From Nitrospinaceae bacterium (lineage in GTDB: Bacteria > UBA8248), in contig JABJAL010000020.1 in NCBI GenBank assembly GCA_018669005.1, positions 3,117 to 67,116 of the forward strand: a DNA stretch of 64,000 nucleotides, written 5' to 3'. A program made the translations under genes and the position numbers. How positions within the stretch are numbered: position 1 is the stretch's first letter; each line of letters starts with the position of its first letter. Below are positions 54,567-64,000 of the stretch, piece by piece. The notes below the pieces were generated by a model. That model had not been told where the DNA came from. It searched no databases and saw nothing but the letters and a program-made list of their open reading frames with translations.

Positions 54567-55820
54567 CTAGACGGAAACTTTCTCGCCGCCTGTTCCCGAA
54601 CCGAGACCCGCATCAAGACTCAGGCCTCGCATTACTTTGAGCTTTTTCATGATGATGCCGCCGTCGCTGTGGAGCATGTTGTAGGCGTTTCGTAGATACA
54701 TTTCGATGGGCAACTCGCGCATGACGCCCATGCCGCCATGAATCTCCATCGCGTCCCGCGTCACATCACAGGCCGCCTCGTGGGCGAAATAACTCGCCGA
54801 GCCTGCCATCTTCAAGTCGACAGGCAACTTGTCGCGATCGTCGATTTGCCGTGACGCCTGCCAGATATAGGCCCGCGCGGCGTTGATCTGGGTATACATC
54901 TCGACGAGTTTGAGGCCGATAGCCTGGTGGTGAATGAGCAGCTTCCCACTCGCCTTGCGGTTGCTCGCATACTCCAGGGTCGCCTCATAGGCCGCACGCG
55001 CCAGCCCCACCATCGCCGCCGCATTTATCAGGCTGTCTCCGCCCCGGAGGTGGCTGTTGATATTCACGATGCCGTAATTCTCAGGGCCAAGACGGTTCGC
55101 AACGGGTACCTTGGCGTCCGTGAATATCATCTCCCGGTTGAGGTTCAGACGATAACCCATCTTGTCATGCACCCGCCCAAAAGAGAGCCCCGGGGTGTCG
55201 ATCGGCACCATAAGCAGGGTCGAGCCCTCGAGGATATTTTTAGTCGGGTCAGTACGGACATAAACAAAGTTCAGCTTGGCGTAGCCGACATTCGAGATAA
55301 AGCGTTTGCGACCGTTCAAAATATAATGGTCGCCCTCGCGCACCGCCCGCGTACGGAAACCACCGTCCACCCCGTCGTAGGGCAATAGGTTTTCCGAGCC
55401 CGTGTCGTCCTCGGTCATGGCCTGGGTGATCAGAAATGTGGGATCGTCAACAAAAGCCTTGAGCCATTTATCGCGCTGCTCCTTGGTGGCCAGCGCTTCG
55501 GCCATGAGGAGATGGGATATTTTCGCGCACGAGAGGAGCATGCCCACCACGCCCCGGTCGCCCCAACCAAGCTCCTCGCCAACGACACAATGGGTGAACA
55601 AGCTAGTAATGCCGCCACCGCCATATTCCTCGGGGATGGTCATCGTCCGAAAACCCGCCGCGTCAGCTTTCTCAAGCAAGGTATCCATGAAGGCGCTCTT
55701 TGCCGGATCGGGATTATGGTCCAAATCCATGGCGACGGGACGAATTTCCTTTACCGCGAATTCATGGGCCAGTTTTTGTAGTGCCAACTGCTCTTCAGTC
55801 ATATACGCATCAACAAACAT
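54567..55820 (-). CDS. Acyl-CoA dehydrogenase family protein
   Basis: ACAD domains. Confidence 0.85.
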   Translation of the reverse strand: MFVDAYMTEEQLALQKLAHEFAVKEIRPVAMDLDHNPDPAKSAFMDTLLEKADAAGFRTMTIPEEYGGGGITSLFTHCVVGEELGWGDRGVVGMLLSCAKISHLLMAEALATKEQRDKWLKAFVDDPTFLITQAMTEDDTGSENLLPYDGVDGGFRTRAVREGDHYILNGRKRFISNVGYAKLNFVYVRTDPTKNILEGSTLLMVPIDTPGLSFGRVHDKMGYRLNLNREMIFTDAKVPVANRLGPENYGIVNINSHLRGGDSLINAAAMVGLARAAYEATLEYASNRKASGKLLIHHQAIGLKLVEMYTQINAARAYIWQASRQIDDRDKLPVDLKMAGSASYFAHEAACDVTRDAMEIHGGMGVMRELPIEMYLRNAYNMLHSDGGIIMKKLKVMRGLSLDAGLGSGTGGEKVSV

Positions 55821-55934
55821 TTACGCCTCCCACCCAGCGACAAAAACCAAACCATCTCCCGCCGCATCGGGTAATTAAAAAAATCAAAAGATGATTTCTG
55901 TTGTACCGAGCTTTATCTCTTTCTTCATCAGCAA

Positions 55935-57089
55935 TTAATTCACAACTGCGATTTCTTCATCGCAATCATTCAACATCTCAAGCCTATCGGCATGAAGGAA
56001 ATACGACTCTCCCACAAAAAGCTGGCGCCAGTCCCCGGTGGCCGTCATCGGATGCACAGTAAGGAGCAACCCCGGCTCAATGATACGCTTGTTGTCGAGA
56101 TTCATGATGGACTCGCTCAGATCAAGCCCTGTGGTGTGTGCGCTGCCGACTCCCTTCATGGGATAGCCGTGCTTCTCAAACGCCTCGGTTATCACCTCAG
56201 CCACCGAAGTGAATGTCTCGCCTGTTTTAATCTGCGCCAGGGCGACCCGTTTGGCATCGAGACAGGCCTCATGCGCCTTTTGAATATACTCGGGCGGCTC
56301 GCCAAAGGACACCAGACGCACCACCTGATTCCAATAGCCCTCGACACGCGGCGTAATTTCAAGAAGAGCGAGATCCCCTTTTTGGAATTTCCGCGCCGTT
56401 GGAGAGACAACAAATCCTCTAAAAATATCATCTTCCTCATCTGGTCGTCCGGCATCAGGGCGACCGGCGCCCAGCATGTTGAAATACCCGTCCGCACCCT
56501 CAGCGGTCATAACCCGTTCAAGTTCAGCCTTCCACTCAAACTCGCTCAACCCGGGCCGGAGTATTTCGAGCGAGCGCCGCCAGCCTAAATCACCAACCCG
56601 TGCGCCCCGCCGGGCCGCCTCTAATTCCTCTTCGCTCTTTTTCTCGCGAGCATCAAAAACAGCGAAAACGCCATCGACAAGCTCCGCACCAGATAACTTC
56701 CCGCGAATCTCGTTCATATCCTCTGAGGGAATGGCAGAGAAACTCGAAATGCCGATTTTGCCGCTCGCAGCTTTTAAGCTGCTCACGTGGGCACACAACT
56801 CCCCAACCGGATTCCCGGTAAGACGCATGTCCTCAATCCAACCAGGACGCCGAGCGTCGAGAAGCTGATTCTCGCCCGGAATAAACGCCACGGGCTCACC
56901 CTCAAGAGGAAAATAAACAGCCGCCGAGGCGAAGATCGGACAATAATCAGTAAGATAGGAGAAGTTTCCCCGCCATTGGCCACCAACGCCCGTGCTTCCA
57001 TAGACAATAAGGGCATCGAGACCTGCTGTTTCCATGCTGACGCGGACGGCCTGGTAGCGACGGTCACGTTCATTTAAAGAAAATCCCAA
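55935..57089 (-). CDS. M24 family metallopeptidase (creatinase/prolidase-like), second copy
   Basis: Creatinase N-domain plus pita-bread domain. Confidence 0.7.
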   Translation of the reverse strand: MGFSLNERDRRYQAVRVSMETAGLDALIVYGSTGVGGQWRGNFSYLTDYCPIFASAAVYFPLEGEPVAFIPGENQLLDARRPGWIEDMRLTGNPVGELCAHVSSLKAASGKIGISSFSAIPSEDMNEIRGKLSGAELVDGVFAVFDAREKKSEEELEAARRGARVGDLGWRRSLEILRPGLSEFEWKAELERVMTAEGADGYFNMLGAGRPDAGRPDEEDDIFRGFVVSPTARKFQKGDLALLEITPRVEGYWNQVVRLVSFGEPPEYIQKAHEACLDAKRVALAQIKTGETFTSVAEVITEAFEKHGYPMKGVGSAHTTGLDLSESIMNLDNKRIIEPGLLLTVHPMTATGDWRQLFVGESYFLHADRLEMLNDCDEEIAVVN

Positions 57090-57265
57090 GACTAAAGCTC
57101 CTTAATTTATTCAGAATTTGGTATGGATGTGCAGTTCATATTTAAGGCCTCTGCGTCTATAATCATAATACTTCAGATACTTTGGTTCAAACCAATTCGA
57201 GGCCAGAGGCCCCAGAATAAGGTATCGCCCCAGCCGAGCACGTTATTTAAGGAAAGGCGAGATAA

Positions 57266-58270
57266 ATGACAAACGAGGTTTCAGAAAATCAAATCTATTT
57301 GGCGCTGGCCGGAGACATCGAAATTCACCGCGAAGACCCCGAGAAGGTATTCGATCTCATCCTTCCCGAACTGAATAAAGCCGACATCCGCTTCGGCGGC
57401 CTTGAGGCTTCGATGTCCGAGAAGGGCACAGCCACGACAGGTAAAATCACCATGCGCCACCATCCAGATATGATAGAGGGCTACATCGCAGGAGGATTCG
57501 ACACGGTTGCCTTCGCCAGCAATCATTGTATGGATTATGGGCTGGAGCCCTTCGTCGAGACGATGGAGCTGTTGGAGAAACGCGGCATCGCCTTCTCCGG
57601 CTCGGGACGAGACATCGCCGAAGCGCGCACCCCGGTCATCATCGAGCGCAAAGGCGTGCGGGTCGGCTTTCACACCTATGTACTCAACTTGCCCATGGGC
57701 TGGGGTGCGAATCCAAGAAAACCGGGCGTCGCACCTATCCGCCAAGACCCCCTCTTTGGTCCCCCCTATGTCGACGAAGACGAACTTGAGGCCATGGCCG
57801 AGGACATAAAGAAAACGCGGAGCCATGTTGATGTCCTCCTCACGACCTTCCATTGGGGATCGAGCCAAAGCCGCACCATGACCCTCTCGCAGCAGGCAGC
57901 GGCACACACCGCTATCGATGCCGGGGCAGACCTTATCATTGGCCAACACCCGCATATTCTCCAAGGAATCGAAATCTACAAGGGAAAAGCGATATGCCAT
58001 GCCCTGGGCAACCTTGTTCTCGATCACGATCATCCCATGTTCCTGCCCACGGTGAAGGAATCGATTCTCGTAAAATGCATAATCGAGGACAAGAAGATCA
58101 GCCGCCTTTCTTTTGTACCTGTCATGATCGGCGAGGATGGGCGCCCCTCTATTCAAAACGAGGGGGACGAGATGTGCGGGGTGATTCTCGGAACGATGGA
58201 CAGAATTTCTAAAAAGCTGGGCACCAACCTTAAAATATCAGGGAACGAGGCTACAATCTTAGGTGATTAG
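57266..58270 (+). CDS. CapA family protein (PGA_cap metallophosphatase-like)
   Basis: The N-terminal portion matches PGA_cap (AGDIEIH...FASNHCMDYG). Confidence 0.7.
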   Translation: MTNEVSENQIYLALAGDIEIHREDPEKVFDLILPELNKADIRFGGLEASMSEKGTATTGKITMRHHPDMIEGYIAGGFDTVAFASNHCMDYGLEPFVETMELLEKRGIAFSGSGRDIAEARTPVIIERKGVRVGFHTYVLNLPMGWGANPRKPGVAPIRQDPLFGPPYVDEDELEAMAEDIKKTRSHVDVLLTTFHWGSSQSRTMTLSQQAAAHTAIDAGADLIIGQHPHILQGIEIYKGKAICHALGNLVLDHDHPMFLPTVKESILVKCIIEDKKISRLSFVPVMIGEDGRPSIQNEGDEMCGVILGTMDRISKKLGTNLKISGNEATILGD

Positions 58271-58297
58271 TATTTCTCTTTTCGAGGAGCCGGCGCT

Positions 58298-59512
58298 TTG
58301 GACCTTCTAACAATCACCGCTCGGCCTGAAATACATAAAGAGAAGTTTTCGCTGCTCGTCCACGGATTTCGTCCATTTTTCCTTCTCACGAGCATCTACG
58401 GTTCGGTGTTCCTGAGCGCCTGGCTGGCGATCTTTTTTGAGGCCGCACCAAACCCGGTAAATATCCGACCGGTTATCTGGCATGGCCACGAGATGGTCTT
58501 CGGTTTCGCCTTCGCAGCCGTTTGCGGATTTCTCCTCTCGGCGACCCCGACATGGAGCGGGGGGCAGCCCATCAAGGGGCGCCAGCTCGGCATCATTGTC
58601 GGCGCATGGATTGCCGGGCGCGCCGCCATGTGGCTCGATGCCACGCTTCACACCTGGCTCGTCGCCCTGTTTGACCTTGCACTGATTCCGGCGCTAACCG
58701 TTGCCCTCTGGCCCGTGCTTACCTCGCCAAAAAGCCGTAAGAATTTAATTTTCCTCATCGTCCTCGGCGCTTTTTTCGCCGCCAATTTGATGTTCCACTT
58801 TGAAACATCCGCCCTCAGCGAAGGCACCGCTCTCGGCGGCCTCACGCTCGGGGTGCATCTTCTCGCGCTTTTAATCGTTATCGTCATCGGGCGCATCGTC
58901 CCTACCTTCATTGCCGTCGAACGCCTTGCCACGGAAGGACCCAAGCCCCCCTTATCTAGCCCTGCACTTGAATGGCTGGCCATCGTCTCTGTTGCGCTTG
59001 TTCTCGCATCAGATTTAATCGACCACGAGGCCGCCTGGGTCGGCCTCCTTGCCCTCGCGGCGGCGGCGATTCAGATTGTGCGGATTTTAAAATGGAGGGC
59101 AGGCCGCTTACTTTTCAAGCCACAACTCGCCGCACTTCATGTAGGATATGCATGGATCATCACTGGCCTCGCTCTCATGGGATTCGCTTACCTCGATGGT
59201 CCCGTCCCTGTGGTAAGCGCCCTTCACGCGATAACGGTTGGCGGAGTCGGGACTATAATTCTGGCCGTTATGTCAATCGTTTCACTTCTTCACACGGGAC
59301 GACCCGCTAAAATTCACCCACTTGTGATTCTCGCCTACATGCTCGTGTCGTCAGCGGCCCTCCTCCGGACATTGGCACCCATAATTTTCTTTGAGAGCTA
59401 CCAAGAGGCGTTGATCATTTCCGGGGCTCTCTGGGCATGCGCTTTTGGTATTTTTGTGGCCGTCTACTGGAAAATTCTCACCACACCACGACCAGACGGC
59501 ATTCCTGGTTAA
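58298..59512 (+). CDS. nnrS: NnrS family membrane protein
   Basis: ~400 aa with 12 TMs and NnrS-typical His (WHGHEMVFGF). The start is TTG. Confidence 0.65.
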   Translation: MDLLTITARPEIHKEKFSLLVHGFRPFFLLTSIYGSVFLSAWLAIFFEAAPNPVNIRPVIWHGHEMVFGFAFAAVCGFLLSATPTWSGGQPIKGRQLGIIVGAWIAGRAAMWLDATLHTWLVALFDLALIPALTVALWPVLTSPKSRKNLIFLIVLGAFFAANLMFHFETSALSEGTALGGLTLGVHLLALLIVIVIGRIVPTFIAVERLATEGPKPPLSSPALEWLAIVSVALVLASDLIDHEAAWVGLLALAAAAIQIVRILKWRAGRLLFKPQLAALHVGYAWIITGLALMGFAYLDGPVPVVSALHAITVGGVGTIILAVMSIVSLLHTGRPAKIHPLVILAYMLVSSAALLRTLAPIIFFESYQEALIISGALWACAFGIFVAVYWKILTTPRPDGIPG

Positions 59513-59740
59513 CAAGAAAATCTCTTAAAGACAATATTTTCAATATCTGCGGCAGATGTTTTCTAAATAAGACCTCACCCTTTGCCCAGCACGCAACACA
59601 CTCCCATTAAATATCTACTTAAAAATACATCCTCGAAATAAAAATCAAGGAAATCCAAAGAAAATTCAATAATTATTATGCTAGACTATTGATACCCAGA
59701 AATTGTTTGCGGAAGAACAACTCAACTCTAGGAGACAGAC

Positions 59741-60844
59741 ATGCACAGATTGGTAAGAGCAATTCCGCTTATCGCCCTGGCGGCTTTTTTCACCTCCGCC
59801 ATCGTAGCGACGGCAAGCCCCATTACGCCCCAGGAGCAAAAGCTTATCCGGGCCGCCAAAAAAGAGGGTGCAGTCACACTGCTGAACCCTCTTTTCAGTG
59901 ACGGCACAGCTACAAAAATGGGCCCCGCGTTCATTAAGCGCTACGGCCTCGGCTCAGATTTCAAGTTCCAAAACGTCAGAAAACGCACCGGCGATGTCAT
60001 TGGAACGGCCCGCGCCGAGATGAAGGCAGGCAAGTATTCCTTCGATACCTTTGTTGTTATCAATCCGGGCTTCTTCGCCGCAGCGACCAAGCGCGGCTAT
60101 TTCTCGAAACTTGACCTCGGCCAGTGGAAATACCACGTCAAGGCGGTTGAGCGGGCCGGTCAGTACCACCATTACCCTGAAGTTCCTGTTGTTCTCGCCT
60201 ACACCTTTCAGCCCGTATGGAACACGGCGTGCCCCGGCATGAAAGACGTGAAGGTAGCCTCTTACTGGGATACGGTTAGGCCTGAATTCAAGGGCAAGAC
60301 CATCGTGAGCCGGATTCCGGTCAGCACAAGCTATACCCTCACCACTCTTGGCATGCAGGAGTCAGGTTTCGATCTCTTCGGTTTCTGGAAAAAACTTAAA
60401 GCAACAGACCCTGTTGTCGAGGCGAGGACCGAGCCTAAAATGCAGATGCTCATCGCCTGCGAGCGGGGCATGGACATGTGGAACATGGCCGGTCGCGTAT
60501 TCCAGAACGTCAAGAAAAAACCCAGCCTGGCCAAGGTGCTCCGCGTGGGCTCCTACAAAGAGGGACAGGTCATGCTCGGCAACCAGGCAGCCGTGCCCAA
60601 GGGTGCGCCGCACCCGAACGCGGGCAAACTCTTCCTCGACTTTCTTCTCTCGAAAGAGGGCGCGGACATTTTTGTCGGCGGCGAGGCGGTCTACACATTC
60701 CGGGAAGGCTACACGGCGCCTGCTCATGTGAGGCCCTACCTGCTGGACCTCAGCAAGACCAAGCTATTGGGCTTGAAAGATTGGCTCGGGGCCTCAAAGA
60801 AAGTCAAAGGCATCCGCGGCAAATGGAAGAATCAGTTCAAATAG
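59741..60844 (+). CDS. ABC transporter periplasmic substrate-binding protein (Fe3+/polyamine-type SBP fold)
   Basis: Signal peptide and type-2 PBP pattern. No permease or ATPase gene is adjacent. Confidence 0.6.
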   Translation: MHRLVRAIPLIALAAFFTSAIVATASPITPQEQKLIRAAKKEGAVTLLNPLFSDGTATKMGPAFIKRYGLGSDFKFQNVRKRTGDVIGTARAEMKAGKYSFDTFVVINPGFFAAATKRGYFSKLDLGQWKYHVKAVERAGQYHHYPEVPVVLAYTFQPVWNTACPGMKDVKVASYWDTVRPEFKGKTIVSRIPVSTSYTLTTLGMQESGFDLFGFWKKLKATDPVVEARTEPKMQMLIACERGMDMWNMAGRVFQNVKKKPSLAKVLRVGSYKEGQVMLGNQAAVPKGAPHPNAGKLFLDFLLSKEGADIFVGGEAVYTFREGYTAPAHVRPYLLDLSKTKLLGLKDWLGASKKVKGIRGKWKNQFK

Positions 60845-60949
60845 GAAAATCGCAGCAAAAAAACGGAGACTAGGCGACGGATAATCCGCCCCTGGTCTCC
60901 GTTTTTTATTTTAAAAAATATTCGAAAAATCCTTTGACCTACGAGAAAT

Positions 60950-61876
60950 CTACCAACCCCTAGGCTCGCTCTCCATGATGCCAAGAGATTCGAGCGTTTC
61001 AAGGGTATGGGCCTTCGCCTCGTCATTTAAGGGCAACACCGGCTTTCTCGTTCCACCAACCGGACGCCCCAAAAGCTCCATCGCGTATTTCACCGTAGCC
61101 GGATAGTTCGTCTGCAGCAGCTTCAGCAAAATCCCCACCTTGTACTGAAGCGGCCTGGCCGTCTCATAGTCACCCTTCATGCAGGCATCGAAAAGGCTCA
61201 AGATCATTTTCGGGGCCACCTCGGCACAATTTGAAAACGAGCCCGACCCACCCACAGGAATCGACGTGAGCAGCCACTCGATGCCCGTGAAAACGGAAAA
61301 ATTATCTCGCACACCTGAGGCAACCCGGCAGGCCCCTGTGAAGAAGTTCATATCAAATGAGGCGTCTTTGAGAGCAACCAGATTGGGAAGCTTTTCGATC
61401 ATCTCACCCAGCATATCGTGAGAAATTCCCACCTGCACCCGCCTCGGGTTGTTGTAGGCAATCATTTTCAAGTCAACACTGTTGCCAATGGTGAAGAAAT
61501 GATCCAGATGAGCCTCGCGTTCAGGCTCCCAGTGGTAGGGCGAGAGGACAACCATGCCCGTCGCCCCGGTGGTTTCAACGTGGCTCGCCATATCAAGCAT
61601 ATTGTCGGTACCGTGCATGCTCACATTCACGAAAGTGGGAACACGTCCCCCCGCCGCCTTAACCAAGCAGGTGGCCAAATCCTTGCGCTCTTGCACGGTC
61701 AAATTGGGAGACTCACCAATGTGCATCGGATGAGCAATGAAAGGAAGCCCTGCATCAATCAAAAAATTGACCTGTTTTTCAAAAGTTTCGTAATCTACGC
61801 TGCCATCGCCATGAAAAGCGGTGACGAGAGCGCCCATGATTCCTTGAAGTTTACTTTCCACCTGATTACCCCCCAA
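60950..61876 (-). CDS. Dihydrodipicolinate synthase / N-acetylneuraminate lyase family (class I aldolase) protein
   Basis: DHDPS-family TIM barrel with a Schiff-base Lys region. Confidence 0.7.
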   Translation of the reverse strand: MGGNQVESKLQGIMGALVTAFHGDGSVDYETFEKQVNFLIDAGLPFIAHPMHIGESPNLTVQERKDLATCLVKAAGGRVPTFVNVSMHGTDNMLDMASHVETTGATGMVVLSPYHWEPEREAHLDHFFTIGNSVDLKMIAYNNPRRVQVGISHDMLGEMIEKLPNLVALKDASFDMNFFTGACRVASGVRDNFSVFTGIEWLLTSIPVGGSGSFSNCAEVAPKMILSLFDACMKGDYETARPLQYKVGILLKLLQTNYPATVKYAMELLGRPVGGTRKPVLPLNDEAKAHTLETLESLGIMESEPRGW

Positions 61877-61897
61877 TTACTAAATAGCCGCCCTTTA

Positions 61898-62983
61898 CTA
61901 CTCTTTCGATAGTTGAACAACTTTTTCGCAAAGATAATCTCCTACGCCTTTTGTATTCAGCTCACCGCCCAAATCACCGGTTACTTTATTGTCATTGACG
62001 GCACTCTGAACCGCACCCCAAATCAAATCGGCCGGACGCCGGTGCCCAAGAGTGTCGAGCATAATGCGACCCGTGAGGACAGCAGCAAAGGGATTCGCGA
62101 TTCCCTTTAAGGCTATCGTGGGGGCTGTGCCGTGCACGGGCTCGAACATGCACACCCTGCCCGGATGGATGCAGCCCGAGGCGGCAACACCTACACCACC
62201 CACCAGGCTCGCGCAAAGGTCGCTCAGGATATCGCCGTACATGTTGTTCGTCACAATGACGCCAAAATGCTCCGGGAACTGAACAAGGTCCATGCACAGG
62301 GTATCGATGAAATAATGCTCACCCTCGATATCGGGAAACTCTTCGGACATCTGCCAGAAAACCCGTTGCCAGAGCCCGTGTGCGTGGATGAGCGATACGT
62401 GCTTATCGGCCATCGTCACTTTCGAGTAGCCGTGCGAGCGGGCGTACTCGAAGGCGTAGCGGCAAATACGCTCGACGCCCTTATAGGTATTTATGTCTTC
62501 TTGAATCGCCACCTCATCGGTCGTCCCCTTCTTGAAGTTGCCGCCCATACGAACATTCACACCCTCGGTATTCTCGCGGACCACAACGAGGTCGATGGGC
62601 ACATCCTTTTTGAGAGGACAAAACCGATGATCCAACAAGGACGCGGGCCGAAGATTAACAAAAAGATCAAGTTCCCAACGAAGCCCGACGAGCAGATCCC
62701 TGCAATTGATGCCCGCAGGAACCCTGGGATCATCACCTGCACTACCGAACATTATCGCATCATGCTTGTCGGCCAGATCGTGAACCAAGGCAGGAACGTC
62801 CTCGGGTAAAGGCGTACCCTCCTCGACATAACGCTGGGCCCCGTAGCCGAACACTTCGTGGGTCACCTCAACCCCGCATGCGGCTGCGGCCTCGGTAACC
62901 ACTTGAGTTGAAACAGGTAAAATATCGTGTCCTACACCATCACCGAGAATAACGGCGAGATGTATTTTATTTTCTGCCATCAC
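61898..62983 (-). CDS. Isocitrate/isopropylmalate dehydrogenase family (tartrate dehydrogenase / 3-IPM dehydrogenase-like)
   Basis: The N-terminus is IAVILGDGVGHD, and the metal-ligand pattern is GSAGDD...DxxxD. Confidence 0.85.
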   Translation of the reverse strand: MMAENKIHLAVILGDGVGHDILPVSTQVVTEAAAACGVEVTHEVFGYGAQRYVEEGTPLPEDVPALVHDLADKHDAIMFGSAGDDPRVPAGINCRDLLVGLRWELDLFVNLRPASLLDHRFCPLKKDVPIDLVVVRENTEGVNVRMGGNFKKGTTDEVAIQEDINTYKGVERICRYAFEYARSHGYSKVTMADKHVSLIHAHGLWQRVFWQMSEEFPDIEGEHYFIDTLCMDLVQFPEHFGVIVTNNMYGDILSDLCASLVGGVGVAASGCIHPGRVCMFEPVHGTAPTIALKGIANPFAAVLTGRIMLDTLGHRRPADLIWGAVQSAVNDNKVTGDLGGELNTKGVGDYLCEKVVQLSKE

Positions 62984-63056
62984 TCTTTCCTTTAGAGGCT
63001 CGCCGGAGCGCCATCACGCAAAAATCAACAGACCGGACAAACCAATAAATTAAAGT

Positions 63057-64000
63057 TTATCTAAGTTTCGCGGCCGCCTTGAGACTCATAATCGAGTCCG
63101 CAGCCAGGTGCGGGAACACGCTGGCATCGCGCAGGAGCTTTTCAACCGGGGCGTCCCGCATGACACCCGAGCCGCCAAAGATTTCCACCGCATTCCTCGT
63201 TATCGAAAGCGCAGCCTCGGTGGCGAATACTTTCATCATTTGCTTCGAGGCCGACTCGAACTCGGCATTGCCCGATTCGGCGCTCTCAACAACCTGAAAG
63301 AGATAGCTTCTCGCCGCCTCAAGACGCATATACATATCTGCGAGCTTAATGGCTATCGACTGATGCTCGATAATAGGCTTACCACCCTGTATGCGGTTTC
63401 TGGCATGGTCGACAGCGTGCTCAAATGCAGCCGTCGAAATGCCAATAACGTTCGCGGCAAGCTCCACATCGTTGAAACTGACATAGCGCTCCGAGCTATC
63501 CTGTTTGCCCATATTGAGCTCGCCCAGCATGTTTTCTTGAGGCAACCGGCAATCCTGGAAAATCAGTTCGGCATTTTGATAAAAACGCCAGCCGATCTTG
63601 TCGTGCCGCCTGCCGATGGTGAATCCAGGCGTGTCTGAGGGGACAAAGAACATCGTGGTCCCCTCGCTAATGGGCACATTTGGGTTAGTCCGGGTCCGAA
63701 GGATGTATAGCTTGGCAACACCGCCGTTGGCGATGAAGTGCTTCATCCCATTTATTACCCATTCATTGCCATCCTGAACGGCCGCTGTCTTCCATCCCGC
63801 CGTGGGGTCTCCGGGAGGGGGCATCCGGTTATCAGAGCCAGCGCCCGGCTCGGAGCCACCCATCGCAAGCAAGTAGAGATCATCTTCCATGAACTGGGGC
63901 AAAAAGCGCTCGCGCTGCTCTTTCGTCGCCAGGCGACAGAGCATGGGCGTCCACTTCCAACACTGGCTGAAAGTCTTGGCCACCCCACCATCGCCGCGCG
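63057..64000 (-). CDS. Acyl-CoA dehydrogenase family protein (N-terminus beyond window edge)
   Basis: ACAD middle and C-terminal domains. The reading frame stays open up to the window end at 64000. Confidence 0.75.
   Translation of the reverse strand, partial: RGDGGVAKTFSQCWKWTPMLCRLATKEQRERFLPQFMEDDLYLLAMGGSEPGAGSDNRMPPPGDPTAGWKTAAVQDGNEWVINGMKHFIANGGVAKLYILRTRTNPNVPISEGTTMFFVPSDTPGFTIGRRHDKIGWRFYQNAELIFQDCRLPQENMLGELNMGKQDSSERYVSFNDVELAANVIGISTAAFEHAVDHARNRIQGGKPIIEHQSIAIKLADMYMRLEAARSYLFQVVESAESGNAEFESASKQMMKVFATEAALSITRNAVEIFGGSGVMRDAPVEKLLRDASVFPHLAADSIMSLKAAAKLR

Noticed and set aside
1-64000. rRNA, tRNA (including tRNA-Sec), transposase, integrase or phage genes
   Set aside because: None could be recognised by eye. 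No conserved T-arm GGTTCGAATCC-type tRNA signature and no IS-like ORFs were seen. Their absence here does not bear on the Sec machinery, which is normally encoded elsewhere.

Overview
The window is a 64 kb fragment of a high-GC (about 63-68 % in core genes) bacterial chromosome. It is dense in catabolic and redox enzymes:
- CocE/NonD hydrolase, two LLM flavin oxidoreductases, two paralogous class-III aminotransferases, a class-I/II aminotransferase and a threonine-synthase-like PLP enzyme.
- A fused hydantoinase A/B, three acyl-CoA dehydrogenases, SDRs, an aldo/keto reductase, two M24 peptidases and a sulfatase.
- A xanthine-dehydrogenase-family Mo subunit, a LigAB extradiol dioxygenase, an IclR regulator, a cobalamin-independent-methionine-synthase-like protein and an isocitrate/isopropylmalate dehydrogenase family enzyme.

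Interspersed are markedly lower-GC (about 45-50 %) genes that look accessory or acquired:
- an ankyrin/trypsin-like lipoprotein, a CopG/DUF411 gene and a 257-aa orphan gene inserted in the aminotransferase operon;
- a 1422-aa secreted FecR-domain protein with an uncharged Ala-rich 11/22-residue repeat array preceded by a 400-bp 28 % GC region, and a TPR protein;
- a DUF2971 gene, a DHH phosphoesterase, two stand-alone cNMP-binding proteins, a PilZ protein, SCO1/SenC and a His-rich surface-antigen-like protein.

The most notable observation is two genes with an in-frame TGA exactly at a conserved redox or metal cysteine. In each, a stable hairpin begins 15 nt downstream, consistent with a bacterial SECIS element.
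- An AhpD-like/CMD protein carries a CxxU motif; this is a selenoprotein family I know to be documented.
- A CopG/DUF411 copper-cluster protein has UxCC in place of CxCC; I do not recall this being reported as a selenoprotein.

No rRNA, tRNA, CRISPR array, transposase or integrase could be supported from the sequence.
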